From NCBI GenBank assembly GCA_965277715.1, contig OZ255836.1, positions 192,001-256,000 of the forward strand: DNA of 64,000 nucleotides, given 5' to 3'. Both the position numbers and the translations under genes were made by a program. The notes under the pieces were generated by a model. The model had not been told where the DNA came from and searched no databases. It saw only the letters and a program-made list of their open reading frames with translations. Shown here piece after piece: positions 18,121 to 29,211 of this stretch. The stretch is from Gammaproteobacteria bacterium (lineage in GTDB: Bacteria > Pseudomonadota > Gammaproteobacteria > JBCCGL01). Position 1 is the stretch's first letter; each line of letters starts with the position of its first letter.

Positions 18121-18221
18121 TGACCGACCGGTGTAGTGCGCCTGGCAAGCCCGTAAAAAACCCCAGCATTGATGAGCACCTCGCTATAATCATTCAACTG
18201 AAAATAAAAAAGCCCTCTTTC

Positions 18222-19415
18222 ATGCCCAGCCATCATACCGACTTTATTTTTATAGACGAACAAGACACGTTCAACGACTTTTGCCAGCGCATAAAAGAAA
18301 ACGAGTGGGTGGCGCTGGATACAGAGTTTATCCGGGAAAAAACCTACTACCCACAACTGTGCCTGGTACAAATTGCGACGCCCAATAGCAGCAAATCCAA
18401 TGGCCAGGTCGCCTGTATTGATACACCGGCTATTAGTGATCTATCGCCCTTTATCGATATTCTGTTAAATCCCAATATCCGCAAAGTACTGCACGCCGGA
18501 TCACAGGATATGGAAATATTCTGCACACTTTGTGGACAGTCTCCCGTCAATGTGTTCGATACACAAATTGCTGCGCCACTGTTTGGCTATCCAGAACAAA
18601 TGGGTTATGCGGCCTTAGTTGAAAAGCGTTTGGGTGTTAATCTGCCAAAAAACCAATCCCGTACCAATTGGGCGGCGCGCCCACTCACGGCAAAACAATT
18701 GCGTTATGCGGCGGATGATGTGGTTTATCTGGCAGAATTATTTCCGGCTATGTATGAAGAGCTGCACACCAAACAGCGCCTCGACTGGCTGCGCGACGAG
18801 TTCGATACACTGTGCAGCACGGATACGTATCAAAAGCCCCCTGAAGATGCATGGCAACGCGTGCGCGGTGTCGACAAACTGCGCGGACATTCGCTGGCTT
18901 TCGCGCAGGCACTCGCTGAGTGGCGGGAAATTGCGGTGCGCAAGCGCGATTTACCCAAGAGCTGGCTATTAAAAGATGACACCATTATCGATATTGCCCG
19001 CTTAAAACCGACATCAGAAAAAGACCTGCAATCACTGCGTGGGCTGGGCCGGTTTGTGAGTGAAAAATACGCTAAAGACATCGTAGCCTTATGCGTTAAA
19101 GCACAATCGTGCCAGCCCAAACCACTGCCTCCACGGTTTGCCAGGCGCAAGCTAAATGCGCGGGAGGATGCATTGACTGATTTACTCAGTGCTGTCGCTA
19201 AACTGTACGCCGATCAACACGCGATCAACCATGCCGTACTGGCCCCGCGCAAGGAGCTGGAAAAACTGGTTATGAGGGAAGATGAATCGCGTGTGCTGAA
19301 TGGCTGGCGCGGGCAGTTTGTCGGGCAGCCACTCCAGCAATTACTGCGTGGTGAGCTGTCATTGTCGGTTGATGTGCAGGGGAAAATAGCACTGCTGGGA
19401 AAATCTGGCATATAG
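18222..19415 (+). CDS. rnd: Ribonuclease D
   Basis: ALDTEFIREKTYYPQLCLVQ, FDTQIAA, WAARPL..QLRYAADDV, HRDC region, GWR end. Confidence 0.95.
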   Translation: MPSHHTDFIFIDEQDTFNDFCQRIKENEWVALDTEFIREKTYYPQLCLVQIATPNSSKSNGQVACIDTPAISDLSPFIDILLNPNIRKVLHAGSQDMEIFCTLCGQSPVNVFDTQIAAPLFGYPEQMGYAALVEKRLGVNLPKNQSRTNWAARPLTAKQLRYAADDVVYLAELFPAMYEELHTKQRLDWLRDEFDTLCSTDTYQKPPEDAWQRVRGVDKLRGHSLAFAQALAEWREIAVRKRDLPKSWLLKDDTIIDIARLKPTSEKDLQSLRGLGRFVSEKYAKDIVALCVKAQSCQPKPLPPRFARRKLNAREDALTDLLSAVAKLYADQHAINHAVLAPRKELEKLVMREDESRVLNGWRGQFVGQPLQQLLRGELSLSVDVQGKIALLGKSGI

Positions 19416-19533
19416 CAAAGGAAAACACCCGCTGAGATACCAAAAGAAGTGGTTTTAAACCATCTGTTTCCTGGCTTTCGGGTACAATTTGTATTTTTCG
19501 CGATACGTAAACCGGACAGCAAGAGCCACCACC

Positions 19534-20607
19534 ATGAACGAAGTAAAACTTGAAGACATCAATATTGATGAAGAGCTGGCATTGATTACGCCAGAAGCGC
19601 TACACCGCAATTTCCCATTGAGTGATACGGGCCGCGCTACGGTACAAGCGGGGCGCCAGGAGATTGAAGCAATTCTCGATCGCAAAGACCACCGTCTGAT
19701 TGTCGTTGCCGGGCCTTGCTCAATCCACGATGTGACGGCTGCCCACGAATACGCGGGCCGTTTATTGGCGCTGCGCGAGGCATTGGGGGATACGCTGTGT
19801 ATTGTTATGCGGGTTTACTTTGAAAAACCGCGCACCACTGTCGGCTGGAAAGGGTTGATCAATGACCCACGGCTCGATGGTTCTTTTCGCATTGAAGAAG
19901 GCTTGCAGACAGCCCGTGAGTTACTGGTGTCGCTGGCCGATCAGGGCATGCCCACGGGCACCGAAGTACTCGACCCGATCAGCCCGCAATACCTCGACGA
20001 TTTGTTCAGTTGGTCGGCCATCGGCGCCCGTACCACCGAGTCGCAAACCCACCGTGAAATTGCCAGTGGCCTATCGACCCCGGTCGGGTTTAAAAATGGC
20101 ACCGATGGTGGCCTTGGTGTGGCGATTAATGCGATGGAGTCCGCCGCCAGTGGGCATAGCTTTCTGGGCATTAATCATGCGGGTAAGGTATCGGTTATTC
20201 GCACGGCGGGAAACCCCCACGGCCATGTGATTTTGCGTGGCGGCAGGAAACCTAACTACGATTCGGTGAATGTGACACTGTGCGAGCAGGCGCTGGAAAA
20301 AGCCGGTTTGCCCGGTAATATTATTGTCGATTGCAGTCACGCCAACTCGCACAAAAAACCTGAGCTGCAACCCCTGGTGGCTGAAAATGTCGCCAATCAG
20401 ATTCTCGATGGCAATCGCTCGATTGTCGGTATTATGCTGGAGAGTCATTTGCAGGCAGGTGCACAAAAAATACCCGCAGAAGGGGTGTCTGGATTGCAAT
20501 ACGGTATGTCGATCACCGATGGTTGCATCGATTGGGATACAACGGAGAAAGCGTTGCGCGATCTCTCCAATAAAGTGGCTGGTGCGTTAAAGTCCCGCAT
20601 TGTTTAG
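19534..20607 (+). CDS. Class I DAHP synthase (AroF/G/H type)
   Basis: GPCSIHD, RVYFEKPRTTVGWKGLINDP, IGARTTESQTHRE, DCSHANS. Confidence 0.95.
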   Translation: MNEVKLEDINIDEELALITPEALHRNFPLSDTGRATVQAGRQEIEAILDRKDHRLIVVAGPCSIHDVTAAHEYAGRLLALREALGDTLCIVMRVYFEKPRTTVGWKGLINDPRLDGSFRIEEGLQTARELLVSLADQGMPTGTEVLDPISPQYLDDLFSWSAIGARTTESQTHREIASGLSTPVGFKNGTDGGLGVAINAMESAASGHSFLGINHAGKVSVIRTAGNPHGHVILRGGRKPNYDSVNVTLCEQALEKAGLPGNIIVDCSHANSHKKPELQPLVAENVANQILDGNRSIVGIMLESHLQAGAQKIPAEGVSGLQYGMSITDGCIDWDTTEKALRDLSNKVAGALKSRIV

Positions 20608-21080
20608 TGTTCTGGCGGGTGTAATTGTTTGCGCATGTAAATCCGCTGGTAGCCTTTAACTGTTTTGCGCTCAAACGCGCTGTATCCCCGCTTCTCGTAG
20701 TAGGGGATGTTTTCTGTCATTCGTTCGTGGGTGTACAGCTCGATATGCTGAAAACCTCGCCTGCCCGCTTCGCTTTCTGCCAGGTTTAGCAGTTGCTGAC
20801 CAATACCCGCACCCTGCATAGCGGGGTCGACGGCGACATTATCGAGTAGCAGGCCATCTGCTGTTTGTATAAGTACCAGCACGCCGACAATAGACGCCTG
20901 ATTATCGATAGGGCTATCAATCACAAAAACACTGTGCTGCTGGATGACCTCGGTGTAGTTATCCAGCATCGGCCCCGGTGGCTTACCGATGCGTTCAATG
21001 TAATGTGAATAGGCGCGCTCAACGCAGTGGGCTACCCCGTCTGCATCGTCGGCGGTTGCTGTGCGTATTGGAAATGTCAT
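20604..21080 (-). CDS. GNAT N-acetyltransferase
   Basis: LLDNVAVDPAMQGAGIG, LYTHERMTEN. Confidence 0.88.
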   Translation of the reverse strand: MTFPIRTATADDADGVAHCVERAYSHYIERIGKPPGPMLDNYTEVIQQHSVFVIDSPIDNQASIVGVLVLIQTADGLLLDNVAVDPAMQGAGIGQQLLNLAESEAGRRGFQHIELYTHERMTENIPYYEKRGYSAFERKTVKGYQRIYMRKQLHPPEH

Positions 21081-21115
21081 TGAACCCTCCATCGTCACCT
21101 CTATTGCCTGAACCG

Positions 21116-21430
21116 TTACCCTATCCACTGCAAGAGTAAAAACAGCGCCATACCGGGCACAATCGTCAACAGCAGATTGCGTGTTTTCCAGGCGATTACG
21201 ACCGATGCACAGGTCGCCAATAAAAAGGGGTTGTCAACACTGATGGCCCATTCACCGTTGCGGGTCAGCGCCATTGGCATAACAATGGCGCTCAACACGG
21301 CTACGGGCACAAACGTTAAGGCATTTAATACAGCGGCAGGCAGTTGTGCACGGCTCAATAGGGCGAGTACCGGGTAGCGCACGCCAAATGTGACTAATAG
21401 CATACCGATGATCAATAACCACTCGTTCAC
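21116..21430 (-). CDS. azlD: AzlD-family branched-chain amino-acid exporter small subunit
   Basis: Hydrophobic 104 aa, FVPVAVLSA, overlaps the azlC stop. Confidence 0.85.
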   Translation of the reverse strand: MNEWLLIIGMLLVTFGVRYPVLALLSRAQLPAAVLNALTFVPVAVLSAIVMPMALTRNGEWAISVDNPFLLATCASVVIAWKTRNLLLTIVPGMALFLLLQWIG

Positions 21431-22134
21431 GATTCTACCTTTCTGTTCATTAAATAACCCACTGTAACCCCTGCCAGTGCACCGAGCATTAGGCCAAGCT
21501 GGTGTGGCAGGTCACGCAGTAAACAGGCTGTTATTCCCGCTACCAGGGCGCAGGCTAACATGGGCCTGGAAACCAGCATCGGCACGACAATGCCAATAAA
21601 TGACACGACCATCGCGAATTCCAACCCCCACTCGGCGATACCCTGTAGTTGTTGACCGGCGACAATGCCCAGTGCGGTACACAACTGCCAATTGGTGTAC
21701 ATAGCCAGTGCTGAGCCGAGAAAGTACCAGTGTTTGAAAGGGGCAGAATCTTTTTGCCGGTAGCGGTTGATGACGACGGCATAGGTTTCATCGGTCAGCC
21801 AAAAACCCAGGGGCAACAGCCAGCGCTGTGGCAGTTGCCGGGTATAGGGAGCGAGTGAGGCGCTGTATAACGCGTGGCGCAAATTGACAATGAGCGTTGT
21901 CAGTACAATCAAGGCGACACCGGTGCCCTGCGCGATCAGCCCGGTGGCGACAAATTGCGAAGAACCGGCAAATACAAACAATGACATGCCCATAGTGGCC
22001 AGGGGTGATAAACCACTGGCAATGGCCAGTGCACCAAAAATGATGCCGAATGGCATTGCGCCCACCAGTAGCGGTACGGTGTCGCGGGTTCCCTGGCACA
22101 ATTCGTTACGGCGTGATGGCGTGGGTGTGGTCAT
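21427..22134 (-). CDS. azlC: AzlC-family permease
   Basis: [27 protein letters not shown]. Confidence 0.9.
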   Translation of the reverse strand: MTTPTPSRRNELCQGTRDTVPLLVGAMPFGIIFGALAIASGLSPLATMGMSLFVFAGSSQFVATGLIAQGTGVALIVLTTLIVNLRHALYSASLAPYTRQLPQRWLLPLGFWLTDETYAVVINRYRQKDSAPFKHWYFLGSALAMYTNWQLCTALGIVAGQQLQGIAEWGLEFAMVVSFIGIVVPMLVSRPMLACALVAGITACLLRDLPHQLGLMLGALAGVTVGYLMNRKVES

Positions 22135-22322
22135 TAATAGCGGGTAAACTGAGGGTAAAAACGTGTGGGCGTATTGTGCCTGTTAGCGGTGTCTGGAAGA
22201 AGTATTTTTACGCGCCTCACTATTTTCATTGCATCTGATGCCATGTATTTACCCGTATGCGAGTTAATACACAGAGACTAAAGTCAGTTATCATTCGCTT
22301 TTTGTTTAATAGTGGAACGGGA

Positions 22323-23162
22323 ATGCGCGCACTCACTGAAGTCAACCGGGTAAAAATGTGTGAAGGCTGGTTAATCACCTGCGAACACGAATCGACCAGC
22401 AATCAATGCACTATGCGGTTTTCGGTGTATTTGCCACCACAGGCTGAGCAGGTAAACGTGCCGGGGCTTTACTTTCTCTCTGGCCTCACGTGTACCGATG
22501 AGAATGTGATGGTTAAAGCTGGCGCCCAGCGCTATGCCGCCGAGCACGGTATCGCTTTGATAGCACCGGATACCAGCCCACGCGGTGATGCAGTGCCCGA
22601 TGATGCCGATGCCTATGATTATGGCAAGGGTGCCGGTTTCTATGTCAATGCCACTCAGGCGCCCTGGGCAGATAACTACCAGATGTACGACTATGTGGTC
22701 TCCGAGTTACCGGCGTTGATCGAAAGTGAGCTGCCGATTAACAGCAGGCGCTCCGTTACCGGGCATTCGATGGGGGGGCACGGTGCGTTGGTTGTCGCCT
22801 TGCGCAACCCGGGTATGTACCAGTCGGTATCGGCATTTTCGCCGATTTGTGCGCCGACACAATGCCCCTGGGGTGAGAAAATTTTCTCGGGTTATCTCGG
22901 CAGTGTCGAGGCTGGGGCCACCTACGATGCGGTGCAGTTAGTTGCCAGGGCAGAGGAAAAACTGCCCCTGTTGATCGACCAGGGGGATGATGATGAGTTT
23001 CTGGCGGAGCAGTTAAAACCGGCGTTACTGGAGGCGATGTGTCAGCGGCATAATCATCCACTGAATTTGCGTATGCAGCGCGGTTACGATCACAGTTATT
23101 TCTTTATACATACATTTATTGGCGACCATATTGCGTATCATGCGGCGGCGTTGTGTGGGTAG
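22323..23162 (+). CDS. fghA: S-formylglutathione hydrolase
   Basis: LSGLTCTDEN, PDTSPRG, GAGFYVNAT, GHSMGGHGAL, GYDHSYFF. Confidence 0.95.
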   Translation: MRALTEVNRVKMCEGWLITCEHESTSNQCTMRFSVYLPPQAEQVNVPGLYFLSGLTCTDENVMVKAGAQRYAAEHGIALIAPDTSPRGDAVPDDADAYDYGKGAGFYVNATQAPWADNYQMYDYVVSELPALIESELPINSRRSVTGHSMGGHGALVVALRNPGMYQSVSAFSPICAPTQCPWGEKIFSGYLGSVEAGATYDAVQLVARAEEKLPLLIDQGDDDEFLAEQLKPALLEAMCQRHNHPLNLRMQRGYDHSYFFIHTFIGDHIAYHAAALCG

Positions 23163-23304
23163 TTAAGGAATGTGCGCGAAATAACTTTCGGGATTCGTAA
23201 ATGCATCGATTTACCTTATAACTGAGTTGGCTTCAGTGTGTTACTGACAAATAACTCATTGTTTAAATAATATTATAAAAACGGAATTTATTTCGTGCCT
23301 ATTC

Positions 23305-24486
23305 CTAAGAGTAAAAATTCCCACGGGTTCCCTTGTCCCACCACTTCATCAAAACCGTATCCAGGGTGCTTTGCACGGCAATGCCCAGCTTTTCCGGTAG
23401 CGATTGCTTTTCGACGTATTTGACGGCAAATACATCGGATACATCACACGCTTTGGCAATGTATTCATCGCTGGTGATCAACTCATCAACCAACGCCTGA
23501 TCGATTGCCCGCTGACCAAACCAAACATCGCCATTGGCGACGGCATCAATATCCAATTGCGGGCGGTGCTGGGTGACAAAGGCTTTAAATAGCTGGTGAA
23601 CGTCCTCTATATCCTCGATAAATTTCTCGCGCCCCTTTTCGGTGTTTTCACCAAACATCGTCAGGGTGCGCTTGTGTTCACCGGCGGTGATCATTTCAAA
23701 GTCCACATTGTGTTTTTTCAGTAGGCGGTGAAAATTGGGTAACTGGGCGACCACCCCAATAGAACCGATAATAGCAAAGGGTGCGGCCAGTAGTTTGTTG
23801 GCAACGCACGCCATCATATACCCACCGCTGGCGGCCACTTTGTCGACGCACACGGTGAGTGGCACGCCGCGATCTTTAATGCGTTGCAGTTGCGATGATG
23901 CCAAACCATAGGTGTGCACCATGCCGCCGCCGCTCTCCAGGCGTACCACCACCTCATCATGGGCCTGGGCAAGTGACAGTACGGCGGTAATTTCGCGGCG
24001 CAAACTGGACACTTCTGAGGCTTTAATATCGCCATCAAAATCGAGAACGAAAACCCGTGGCTTTGTACCGTCACCGGCCTTGTTATCCGTTTTAGCATCA
24101 GTATCAGCACTCTGGTCACCTGATGGGTTATCGTCTGCTGACTTATCATCGACGACTTTACTGTTTTCAGCCTTATTATTGGGTGCCTGGCCACTTTTGG
24201 CGAGTTTCTTGAGTGCCTTTTTGCGCGCTTTACGTTCAGCCTTTTCTTCGTTTTTCTTTTGTTTGGCCTGTAACTTATAGGTATCTACATCGATGACTGT
24301 GGCATTGAGGGTTTCGCGCATATAGTCAATTTCATCATTGACCATCGTCACCTCAATATGCCCTTGTGGTGATTTTTTAGCCCGTGCACCGATAGCAATT
24401 GAAACACTCACCACCGCTAAAATGGCAATAACAACGGTTATCGACTTGATAGCGAATAAACCATAATCAAAAAAGAACTCAGCCAT
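23305..24486 (-). CDS. sohB: S49 protease SohB with a low-complexity charged insertion
   Basis: RLESGGGMVHTYGLASSQL, DKVAASGGYMMAC, GSIGVVAQLPNF. Confidence 0.95.
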   Translation of the reverse strand: MAEFFFDYGLFAIKSITVVIAILAVVSVSIAIGARAKKSPQGHIEVTMVNDEIDYMRETLNATVIDVDTYKLQAKQKKNEEKAERKARKKALKKLAKSGQAPNNKAENSKVVDDKSADDNPSGDQSADTDAKTDNKAGDGTKPRVFVLDFDGDIKASEVSSLRREITAVLSLAQAHDEVVVRLESGGGMVHTYGLASSQLQRIKDRGVPLTVCVDKVAASGGYMMACVANKLLAAPFAIIGSIGVVAQLPNFHRLLKKHNVDFEMITAGEHKRTLTMFGENTEKGREKFIEDIEDVHQLFKAFVTQHRPQLDIDAVANGDVWFGQRAIDQALVDELITSDEYIAKACDVSDVFAVKYVEKQSLPEKLGIAVQSTLDTVLMKWWDKGTRGNFYS

Positions 24487-24556
24487 GTATTTTCTCCAGT
24501 GTCTTTCGGCTAATCGGCGTGCATGATACCCGGGCGCGCCCATGCATGAAACATAA

Positions 24557-26716
24557 TCAATAGGTTATTTCCCAGCAGCGGTGTATACGCGGGTTGCGGG
24601 CGAAATCACGCGGTACGGTTTGTTTGCTGATTTCCCGGCAGGAAAAATGGCTTTCGACGGCACTGTCGAGCTTGAACCGCTGTCGGTTGGTGGAGAAGAG
24701 TAAGCGGCCGCCGTCATTTAAACGCGCCATCGTACAGGCGATCAGGTCCGCGTGATCGCGTTGTACATCCCAGCTAGTGGACATGTTTTTTGAATTGGAA
24801 AAAGTCGGTGGATCTAACAATATCACATCGTACTGCTGTTCTTCGGGGGCCTGATTTAACCAGGCGAGGCAGTCGGCGCGAATAAACGTGTATTTATCCC
24901 CCGACAAACCGTTGAGTGCAAAATTTCTTTTTGCCCAGTCGAGGTAGGTCGATGACATATCCACGGTGGTAACATGGCGGGCGCCCCCTTTTGCCGCGTG
25001 CACACTGGCGGCGCCCGTGTAAGCGAACAGATTGAGCACACGCTTTCCCGCCGCGAGGGCGTGAATTTTCCGGCGTACCTTGCGGTGATCCAGAAATAGA
25101 CCACAGTCGTGGTAGTCGGCCATGTTTACCAGTAGTTGGCAGTCGGCCTCCGCCACGGCGTGATACTGCCCGCGCCGGGCAAGCTTTTGGTATTGTTCGC
25201 TGCCCCGCTGGCGTGTGCGCACTTTTAAGTAAATTTGGCGGGGGTCGCAGTTCAGGGTAGTTGGGATAACCGCCATAATGTTCTGCAGGCGTTGCTCAGC
25301 CCGCTGTGCATCGACGGTTTTTGGTGCGGCATATTCCTGCACATGGACACGCAGTATGGCGTCCTGGCCTGGGTAGAGGTCGATTGCCACGGCGTACTCG
25401 GGCAAGTCGGCATCGTAAACGCGGTAGCAGTGCACACCGGCACTCTTTGCCCAGGCGCCCAGGGATTTGAGGTTTTTTGCCAGCCGGTTGGCAAACATGG
25501 TCGCCCCATCCGTGGTTGCATGGTGCTCCTGTGTATCGGTGGCATTGGTGGGCGTTGAGGTATCCACCTTATAGCATTGCAGTTTGCAGGCAATTTCCCC
25601 ATTGTTGAGGTTCTTTGAGGCGTTTGTCGTCAGCTTTAAACGGTGAGCCATCGCGGGGTTGCCGGTAAATACGGCGGCGTGCCAGCCGGGGTGCTTACGT
25701 ATCGTCCGGCCCAGGGCGGAATAAAGTTTCCCCAGGCCCGTCTCGGCGTCCATGCGTTTGCCGTAGGGCGGATTGACCACGAGCAAACCGGTACTGGACA
25801 AGGTCTTTGGGGTGTAGGTTTCGATGTTACCCCTCGTCACTTGAATGTGCTCGCCAAGGCCGATGTTGGCGATATTGTTGTTGGCAATGCCAACGGCCCG
25901 GGCATCGATGTCAACGCCGTAAATAGCAGGCAGCGACGATATCCCGGTGTCTCTGCGTTGCGTTGCGTCCTCGCGCAATGCCTGCCATAGCGTGGCATCG
26001 TGCTGACGCCAGCCGATAAACCCGTAGTGGCTGCGCTTGAGGCCGGGGGCAATATCGGCGGCCATCATCGCCGCTTCAATCAACAGTGTGCCCGAGCCAC
26101 ACATAGGGTCGATCAGGCTGCCGCCCTGCCTGGCAATAGCGGGCCAGTCGGCAAACAGCAATATTGCCGCCGCCAGGTTCTCCTTTAAGGGCGCGCCGCC
26201 GTCGGACTGTCGGTACGCCCGTCGATGCAGGCTGCCACCTGATAAGTCCAGGCTCAGGCGCAGGCGATTGCGAAACAGGTAGGCATTAATGCGTAGATCG
26301 GGTCGTTCGCGGTCGACGCTGGGGCGCTCACCATCAATCGCACGAAACTGATCGACAATCGCGTCTTTTATCCGTTGTGCAGCGAAGTGTGTGTGGGTAA
26401 TCGTGGATTTGGCGCTGTGCACATTCACCGCCAGCGTCGAGGCGGCACTCATGTGCGCTGACCAGTCCAGTGCACGCACACCGTTGTACAGTGACTGTTC
26501 GTCTGCTGCGGGAAATGCAGCAATGGGTAACAAAATGCGGTTGGCCAATCGTGACCACAGGCAGGCCCGGTAGGCAATGGTTAAATTGCCCGCAAATGAC
26601 ACACCTGCACTGCCAGGTGACACCTGCCGGGCGCCAAGCTGTTTGAGCTCTGTTACCAGTAGTGGCTCCATGCCTTTGGGGGTGGTGGCAAAATAGCTGT
26701 GCTCAATCACTCTCAA
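24557..26716 (-). CDS. rlmKL: Bifunctional 23S rRNA methyltransferase RlmK/RlmL
   Basis: THUMP, APLKENLAAA, DPMCGSGT, NPPYG, MFANRL, GLFLDHR, LNLFAYTG, DPPTFSNSK. Confidence 0.96.
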   Translation of the reverse strand: MRVIEHSYFATTPKGMEPLLVTELKQLGARQVSPGSAGVSFAGNLTIAYRACLWSRLANRILLPIAAFPAADEQSLYNGVRALDWSAHMSAASTLAVNVHSAKSTITHTHFAAQRIKDAIVDQFRAIDGERPSVDRERPDLRINAYLFRNRLRLSLDLSGGSLHRRAYRQSDGGAPLKENLAAAILLFADWPAIARQGGSLIDPMCGSGTLLIEAAMMAADIAPGLKRSHYGFIGWRQHDATLWQALREDATQRRDTGISSLPAIYGVDIDARAVGIANNNIANIGLGEHIQVTRGNIETYTPKTLSSTGLLVVNPPYGKRMDAETGLGKLYSALGRTIRKHPGWHAAVFTGNPAMAHRLKLTTNASKNLNNGEIACKLQCYKVDTSTPTNATDTQEHHATTDGATMFANRLAKNLKSLGAWAKSAGVHCYRVYDADLPEYAVAIDLYPGQDAILRVHVQEYAAPKTVDAQRAEQRLQNIMAVIPTTLNCDPRQIYLKVRTRQRGSEQYQKLARRGQYHAVAEADCQLLVNMADYHDCGLFLDHRKVRRKIHALAAGKRVLNLFAYTGAASVHAAKGGARHVTTVDMSSTYLDWAKRNFALNGLSGDKYTFIRADCLAWLNQAPEEQQYDVILLDPPTFSNSKNMSTSWDVQRDHADLIACTMARLNDGGRLLFSTNRQRFKLDSAVESHFSCREISKQTVPRDFARNPRIHRCWEITY

Positions 26717-27009
26717 AACCCCAGCAAAGTAGCTTGTAGGGGGAAACGAACGCCGGTAACAACACTCTCATTGTGATTCAACTGATTAACCAGGATTTAA
26801 ACGACGGATAATATCACTTCACTGTCTACAGATTCGACCTATACTCAAAAGCTTGCAGGCAAATACAGGGTGCCTACACAGGCATTTTTCGCCGTATTAA
26901 TGAAAAGTGGGTAATGTGTCGTGATATATTTTTACTTTAGAATCGATATGCCGTTTTTATTGCGTAAAAAATTTTATAGCTACTTCTCCCGATGAGAAAA
27001 TAAACAACC

Positions 27010-27441
27010 ATGTCAGACAAACACGATCAAAAACCAGGCACTGGCAGTACAAAAACGGATAAGGAAACAGACAGCCTATACAATCTTGATACCAGTGGTC
27101 TGTCACTCATGTCGAACCACTCTGACCAAAAGCCTGTTGCCCCTGCTACTGATGAGGCAAGCGAGCCTGAATCTGCCAATGATGCGCTTGAATTTGATGC
27201 GCCGGATCTTGCGCTGTTGCCTACCGATTTTGTCGAGGAAGCACCTGAAATACTCCCCGGACAATTTACTGAACACGATAAAACCCTGAAAACCCTTGAG
27301 GAAAAATGGAAGCGGTTTGACCGTCGAAAAATCGTTCGCCGTCAGTGCCCTGATAGGCGCCAGGATATACGCTTTGGTGGCCGGGATCGCCGCCTGGCTA
27401 AATTTGACCGGCGGCGCAGTAAGCGTGGCTTTCTTGGCTAG
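27010..27441 (+). CDS. Hypothetical protein with acidic N-terminal half and DRR-repeat basic C-terminus
   Basis: 143-aa ORF; four DRR motifs at the C-terminus. Confidence 0.6.
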   Translation: MSDKHDQKPGTGSTKTDKETDSLYNLDTSGLSLMSNHSDQKPVAPATDEASEPESANDALEFDAPDLALLPTDFVEEAPEILPGQFTEHDKTLKTLEEKWKRFDRRKIVRRQCPDRRQDIRFGGRDRRLAKFDRRRSKRGFLG

Positions 27442-27485
27442 ACCCCATGTATTGGCTTGTGTGCAAGTCAATACATGGGGTTTAG
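27438..27485. repeat. 48-bp palindromic REP-like element
   Basis: CTAGACCCCATGTATTGGCTTG-TGTG-CAAGTCAATACATGGGGTTTAG; its CTAG overlaps the upstream stop codon. Confidence 0.8.
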
Positions 27486-27506
27486 AAAACGCTGTTTAGC
27501 GTCTGT

Positions 27507-27737
27507 TTATGCATTATCAGGGTCAATACCTGCCCGCTCCAGCAAAGTACGTAAACGGGCTTGCTCTTGTAGTGCGATTTTCTCGCCTTTTATTGCCGCT
27601 TGCTCCGATTTCAACGCACGATCCAGCAACGATTGCCGCGTCCTTTCTTCACGGATAGCATTTTGTTGGGATCGATACAGATGGTAGTTTTTTTCCTGCT
27701 CAGAAAAGCGTTTCAATATAGACATGGCTTGCCTCAT
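27507..27737 (-). pseudogene. C-terminal fragment of an Rpn / PD-(D/E)XK transposase-like protein
   Basis: MRQAMSILKRFSEQEKNYHLYRSQQNAIREERT...LLERAGIDP resembles the coiled tail of this family; nuclease domain absent. Confidence 0.55.
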
Positions 27738-27859
27738 TTTTCTATATATCAAAATGCCACGCTGGTAAATAACCTGGCGGCATTATACGGCTCGTAGCGA
27801 TAGTTATTTGCCTCAACTACTGGGGTGTTCTCAATTACCTGGGCGAGATCTATTGCAAG

Positions 27860-27994
27860 GTCTTTTTTGTGCTGGCAAGGTGCAATGAAGCATAATAGTG
27901 GTTCTATTACAACGAATTGCAACGCAGTCAGCGCAAAAAATGACTCAAATAGGTCTTTCCCCCCGCTACGAGCGCCTAAACCCGACAGGCTCCT
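27860..27994. repeat. MITE-like end with a long imperfect hairpin
   Basis: TTTTTTGTGCTG...CAGCGCAAAAAA stem, then GGTCTTTCCCCCCGCTACGAGCGCCTAAACCCGACAGGCTCCT shared with 50585-50631 and 53010-53055. Confidence 0.75.
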
Positions 27995-28309
27995 AAGGTA
28001 ATAACTGGTTTGAATACACAGGAAAAAAGACGCTTACTTACCCGGTTATTGAAGATTATGGCGTGGATCATCATCGTGGTGAGTGTCTTTGTGTTTTTTT
28101 AGGTGGTGGCCAGGGGCGCCTATCGGCCAGAGGGCATACCAATCACGCTATGCTTAACCATTGATCAAACACGGATTTAACGGCCTTTTAAGGCATCCTC
28201 TAGGTTATGCGCAAATAATGTTGGTTTTGTCGTATTTGGTATCGTAAACAGCGGTTTAATTGATAATAATCCGCCAGGTTTTGATCCTTTTTAACGATGA
28301 GGCAGTGCA

Positions 28310-29200
28310 ATGAATAACGCGGTTTTTATTACCTGTGCCGTAACCGGCTCTGGCAATACCTTTAATAGACACCCGGCAATTCCGGCCTCACCGGAGCAGA
28401 TTGCCAATGCCGCCATTGAGGCAGCGCAGGCGGGTGCTGCAATCGCCCATATCCATGTGCGCGAGCCGGAGACGGGCGCGCCTTCGCGCAATCCCAAATA
28501 TTACAAAGAGGTGTGTGACCGCGTGCGTGACTCCGGCACCGATGTGATTCTCAATCTTACCGCCGGTATGGGCGGTGATATGGTGTTTGGTGAGGGTGAA
28601 AACCTGTTGCCACTGGCGGCGGGTACGGATATGGCAGGCCCCCTGGAACGCTTGCAGCATGTCGAGGAGTGCCTGCCGGAAATCTGCACGCTGGACTGTG
28701 GCACCATGAACTTTGCTGAAGCCAATTACGTGATGACCAACACGCCGGGGGTGCTTAACACGATGGCAAAACGCGTTAGGGAACTGGGCGTACGACCTGA
28801 ACTGGAGGTTTTCGATACCGGCCACCTGGTCTATGTGAAAGAGATGATTAAGCAGGGCCTGCTCGAAGACCCGATAATGATCCAACTGTGCATGGGGATC
28901 CCCTACGGCGCCCCCGATGATATCAATACGTTTATGGCCCTGGTTAACAACCTGCCACCGAATGCGACCTTTTCAGCTTTTTCCATTGGGCGGCGCCAAT
29001 TGCCCTTTGTGGCGATGGCGATGCTGGCCGGTGGCAATATCCGGGTGGGGCTTGAAGATAATCTGTATCTTGAAAAAGGCGTATATGCGAGTAATGGGTC
29101 ACTGGTTGAGCGCGCCGTAACGATTGCCCGTGCGATGAATGTCGATATTTTAGGCCCGGCGGTGGTGCGTGAAAAATTGTCGCTCAAAGTACAGCACTGA
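28310..29200 (+). CDS. cdhC: BKACE family 3-dehydrocarnitine cleavage enzyme (CdhC-like)
   Basis: [33 protein letters not shown]; adjacent to carnitine dehydrogenase. Confidence 0.85.
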   Translation: MNNAVFITCAVTGSGNTFNRHPAIPASPEQIANAAIEAAQAGAAIAHIHVREPETGAPSRNPKYYKEVCDRVRDSGTDVILNLTAGMGGDMVFGEGENLLPLAAGTDMAGPLERLQHVEECLPEICTLDCGTMNFAEANYVMTNTPGVLNTMAKRVRELGVRPELEVFDTGHLVYVKEMIKQGLLEDPIMIQLCMGIPYGAPDDINTFMALVNNLPPNATFSAFSIGRRQLPFVAMAMLAGGNIRVGLEDNLYLEKGVYASNGSLVERAVTIARAMNVDILGPAVVREKLSLKVQH

Positions 29201-29211
29201 GGTTTATTGGT

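Noticed and set aside
28228-28255. Possible GbdR/CdhR-type site (TGTCG...AGCG) before the carnitine operon
   Set aside because: Only a short partial resemblance; cannot be supported without a matrix.
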